DNA of 8,058 bases, taken from assembly GCA_016840425.1 (NCBI GenBank), contig JAEOSI010000090.1:1-8058 (forward strand), in the 5' to 3' direction. Each line of letters begins with the position of its first letter. Position 1 is the first letter of the stretch. This document shows, piece after piece, positions 5,983-8,058 of the stretch. Position numbers and translations under genes: made by a program. Under the pieces are notes generated by a model. That model worked only from the letters and a program-made list of their open reading frames with translations. It was not told the DNA's origin and searched no databases. This stretch comes from Candidatus Wukongarchaeum yapensis. Its GTDB lineage: Archaea > Asgardarchaeota > Wukongarchaeia > Wukongarchaeales > Wukongarchaeaceae.

Positions 5983-6177
5983 CGCCTCTTAAACATCCCA
6001 GTTTTCTATACTCCGATGGAAAAGGCCTTGGACTACGTACTCAAGATCAAAGCTGCTTGTGCTTATGGTACATGTAAATAGAAGTGAAGCAGCCCAATCC
6101 CCCAATGGACCGGGAAATTTTAGCGATTCAGCATGCGAGGGGAGAAGCCCCTTGCGATAGCTGGAAGTAGTTCACTT
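5983..6177 (+). repeat. Copy 2 of ~200-nt dispersed repeat; fills almost the whole feoA-feoB spacer
   Basis: Alignment to 2748-2950 as above. Confidence 0.92.
6144..6175 (+). mobile_element. IS200/IS605-like right end (copy 2)
   Basis: GAAGCCCCTTGCGATAGCTGGAAGTAGTTCAC resembles archaeal IS605/tnpB right ends (GAAGCCCC...TAG...GTAGTTCAC). It translates as EAPCDSWK*FT, preceded by MDREILAIQH, similar to the TnpB RuvC-III DRDxNAAxNI motif. Resemblance is from recall, not searched. Confidence 0.48.
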
Positions 6178-6187
6178 ATCACTACCT

Positions 6188-6421
6188 CTACCAAAATGTC
6201 ACCATTATCTTCATGGCGATGTCCTTGCTCAATATATATCTGCAGCCATTCACACCTACTATCAAAGAACCCTTGACAGACCTGATAATCTTGACCGACA
6301 CGTTTTCAGTGAACCCCATCTCAATCAAACGTCTTAAAAGACCTCTGTCTGCATTAATTCTAGAAACTTTACCCTCCTTTCCCTCGGGCATCATAAGAAG
6401 TGGTAAAACTTTGTTGCTCAC
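6188..6421 (-). CDS. feoA: Ferrous iron transport protein A (second copy), 77 aa, GTG start
   Basis: GLLRRLIEMGF, GSLIVGVNGCRYILSKDIAMKIMV; 3 nt after the first feoA stop. Confidence 0.92.
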   Translation of the reverse strand: MSNKVLPLLMMPEGKEGKVSRINADRGLLRRLIEMGFTENVSVKIIRSVKGSLIVGVNGCRYILSKDIAMKIMVTFW

Positions 6422-6424
6422 ATC

Positions 6425-6664
6425 TTACACCTCCAATGGTTGAACCACTACGAGCCCAGCCTCTCTTTGTCTCATCGAAAGATTGTAGCCTTTGACCTTA
6501 AACTCAACAGGGTCTTTAAGTGGTGCTCTTTTAATAATCTCGATCTCAACGCCTGTTACTATGCCCATATCGAGAATCCTTTTTCTAGTTGCACCTTTGC
6601 CCTTGATGCGGATCACTTTTGCTTTGCTGCCAGGCTCAAGAACATTGAGAGTTGTTTCAGACAT
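6425..6664 (-). CDS. feoA: Ferrous iron transport protein A (first copy); ATG 6664 preferred over TTG 6673
   Basis: TLNVLEPG, RKRILDMGIVTG, RAPLKDPVEFKVKGYNLSMRQREA. The SD-like AGGTTG fits ATG 6664. Confidence 0.95.
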   Translation of the reverse strand: MSETTLNVLEPGSKAKVIRIKGKGATRKRILDMGIVTGVEIEIIKRAPLKDPVEFKVKGYNLSMRQREAGLVVVQPLEV

Positions 6665-6685
6665 TTTCGACAACCTAAATCATTT

Positions 6686-6744
6686 CAGTGATAATAGATT
6701 AGTTAGGACTCAAAAAACAGTGATAGATTAGTTAGAACCTAACT
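6686..6744. repeat. Imperfect tandem direct repeat in the feo leader, carrying TTAG-type boxes
   Basis: CAGTGAT(AAT)AGATTAGTTAG(G/A)AC at 6686-6709 and 6718-6738. Confidence 0.8.
6730..6744. promoter_or_regulatory. Putative DtxR-family operator, TTAG class: AGTTAG-AAC-CTAACT
   Basis: Perfect 6-bp arms; TTAG/CTAA half-sites resemble DtxR/SirR boxes; lies just downstream of the predicted feo TSS. Confidence 0.65.
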
Positions 6745-6769
6745 TTTTAACCAGCTTTCTCGCTCATTC

Positions 6770-6784
6770 TATATTAAACTTTCG
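6770..6784 (-). promoter_or_regulatory. BRE-TATA promoter of the feo operon
   Basis: Minus strand CGAAAG (6784-6779) directly followed by TTTAATATA (6778-6770); predicted TSS near 6748. Confidence 0.65.
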
Positions 6785-6813
6785 ATTACCCGAATTTATT
6801 TCGGTATAGCGAA
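6781..6813. promoter_or_regulatory. Two tandem TTCG-N6-CGAA palindromes (19-bp period)
   Basis: TTCGATTACCCGAA (6781-6794) and TTCGGTATAGCGAA (6800-6813); the first overlaps the feo BRE. Confidence 0.7.
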
Positions 6814-7055
6814 TTTCTATCTTTGTCAAATCATCTGATTTTTTGCTTTCAAGGATCGTAGGACTTCACAAAACCCCTTCTTTGATAGAGGTCAATTCAC
6901 AATCCTTGAAACCTAGTCCTAAAGCTCAACTTTAAAACCCTACCTCCCTTTCCGTCCATTTTATCCCCAAAAAAGCGTTTTTAAAAATCTCTAATAAGAT
7001 TTATTTAAGTAATAATTCATTTATCTTAACTTAAAGACTAAAGACTGCCTAATAG

Positions 7056-7577
7056 GTGTTTGAATTGAACCAATTCCTTTCAAGAAGCGCTGAAGATTAT
7101 TTAAGAGCGGTTTATGAGTTGGTTGAAAAGAAAAAATACGCCAGAATAACAGATATTGCAAAACAGTTAAAAGTTAAACCTCCAAGCGTCACAGAGATGA
7201 TCAAAAAATTGAGAGAAGAGGGACTTGTAGATTTCGAAAAGTATAGTGCTGTTACCCTCACGCTGGAAGGAGAAAAATTAGCGAAAAAAATAATGAAACG
7301 AAACAAACTACTCCTAGAATTCTTAGCTATGATTGGTGTAGATGATAAAACCGCAAAAATAGACGCGCATAAAATCGAACACGACTTATCCCTTAAAACT
7401 ATAGAACGACTGCTAAGGCTTGTTAATTTTATCCAAGAAGCATCCCACGACCCAAAATGGTTAAAACTTATTGATGACTGCTGGGAAAAATTGGAAGAAT
7501 TGGAATGTGATAGACGAAAAGAATGCATCTCACAAATTCTTTCCTGTGTAGCCCTAATCCTTCAAGAAAAAGGTTAA
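7056..7577 (+). CDS. DtxR/MntR-family metal-dependent transcriptional regulator (paralog 2, His-type); real start may be TTG 7065
   Basis: RSAEDYLRAVY, ARITDIAKQLKVKPPSVTEMIKKL, GLVDFEKYSAVTLT, DAHKIEH. AGGTG (7054-7058) sits 6 nt before TTG 7065. Confidence 0.95.
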   Translation: MFELNQFLSRSAEDYLRAVYELVEKKKYARITDIAKQLKVKPPSVTEMIKKLREEGLVDFEKYSAVTLTLEGEKLAKKIMKRNKLLLEFLAMIGVDDKTAKIDAHKIEHDLSLKTIERLLRLVNFIQEASHDPKWLKLIDDCWEKLEELECDRRKECISQILSCVALILQEKG

Positions 7578-7602
7578 GTTGTTAAACCTATTGTAAAAAC
7601 TA

Positions 7603-7638
7603 TTTCTTTTTATGTTTTTAATGTTTTTACTTTTTTTA
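7603..7638 (+). terminator. Oligo-U tracts downstream of DtxR paralog 2
   Basis: Several T5-T7 runs begin about 25 nt after the stop. Confidence 0.4.
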
Positions 7639-8058
7639 AAAACAGTCGGTAGCGGATATGAGTCCGAAAGGACTTATTGAGTGCTTTTATCCTCTTTTTT
7701 TAAGGGTTGATTTTCCCTGCTTATTTTTAGGTTTTCTAAGTTTTCCTCTCTATTTGGAGGGGTTTGCGCGTTTTGTCGGGTGTTTTATTGCTTCTGAGGA
7801 AGGGGAAATTCACAACTCTGAAAATTAGGGACTTGAAAAAACTTTACAAGGTAGTAGAAGGTAGAGATGAGACGTTCGTAATTTTTCTGTAGATTTTTTG
7901 GTTTTTCTTTTCTGTTTAAGGTTTTTATGGGTGGTTGTTTTTGTGATTTGTTTTTCGTTATTTTTTAGTTTTTTAAGTGCTATTTTCGAATTAGGAAACA
8001 AAAGGGTTTTTAATCTAGTTAAGGTTTTTAGTTTTTAGTTTTTTCTTTTTTGAACCGT

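Noticed and set aside
6070-6107. Minus-strand VHWGIGLLHFYLHV resembling the ISAs1 transposase HWxIENxLHW motif
   Set aside because: It lacks the catalytic Glu, is not kept in copy 1, and the spacing to upstream residues does not fit.
6176-6183. Putative guide of copy 2 (TTATCACT...) matches the minus strand at 6687-6694 in the feo leader
   Set aside because: An 8-nt AT-rich match is expected by chance in a window this size, and the TAM is unknown. Worth revisiting only if an omegaRNA and a TnpB/TldR partner are confirmed.
6418-6423. ATG-TGA start-stop overlapping the feoA2 GTG start
   Set aside because: No evidence of function; likely incidental to the gene junction.
6828-6841. Palindrome AAATCA-TC-TGATTT in the divergent spacer
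   Set aside because: Single copy in AT-rich DNA with no second instance in the window; not supportable as an operator.
7652-7680. Similarity to hammerhead ribozyme (CUGAUGAGUCCGAAAGGACGAAA)
   Set aside because: The stem matches but the catalytic CUGA and GAAA segments do not (GAUAUGA and UUAU).
1-8058. CRISPR array, tRNA, rRNA, intact transposase
   Set aside because: No regularly spaced repeats, cloverleaf or rRNA-like segments, and no intact transposase ORF seen.

Overview
Archaeal-looking 8 kb window (GGAGGTG-type ribosome-binding sites, BRE/TATA promoters). It centres on a minus-strand ferrous-iron uptake operon: feoA-feoA-feoB, an uncharacterised 4-TM protein and a FeoC-like Cys/wHTH protein. 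One intact DtxR/MntR-family regulator lies downstream with its own promoter and a second is divergent upstream. A decayed third DtxR gene, missed by the ORF track, follows the FeoC-like gene. A stand-alone group 4 [NiFe]-hydrogenase large subunit lies at the left end. The most unusual signal is a ~200-nt element present twice (about 2748-2950 and 5983-6177, 65/77 identical in the core). It ends sharply at an IS200/IS605-like right end (GTAGTTCAC), keeps traces of TnpB C-terminal motifs and can fold, so it may be a TnpB omegaRNA-like remnant embedded in, and possibly co-opted by, the feo operon. The feo promoter carries two different palindrome classes (TTCG-N6-CGAA and AGTTAG-N3-CTAACT), consistent with dual control by the two DtxR paralogs. 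All assignments are by eye; no searches or folding programs were run.
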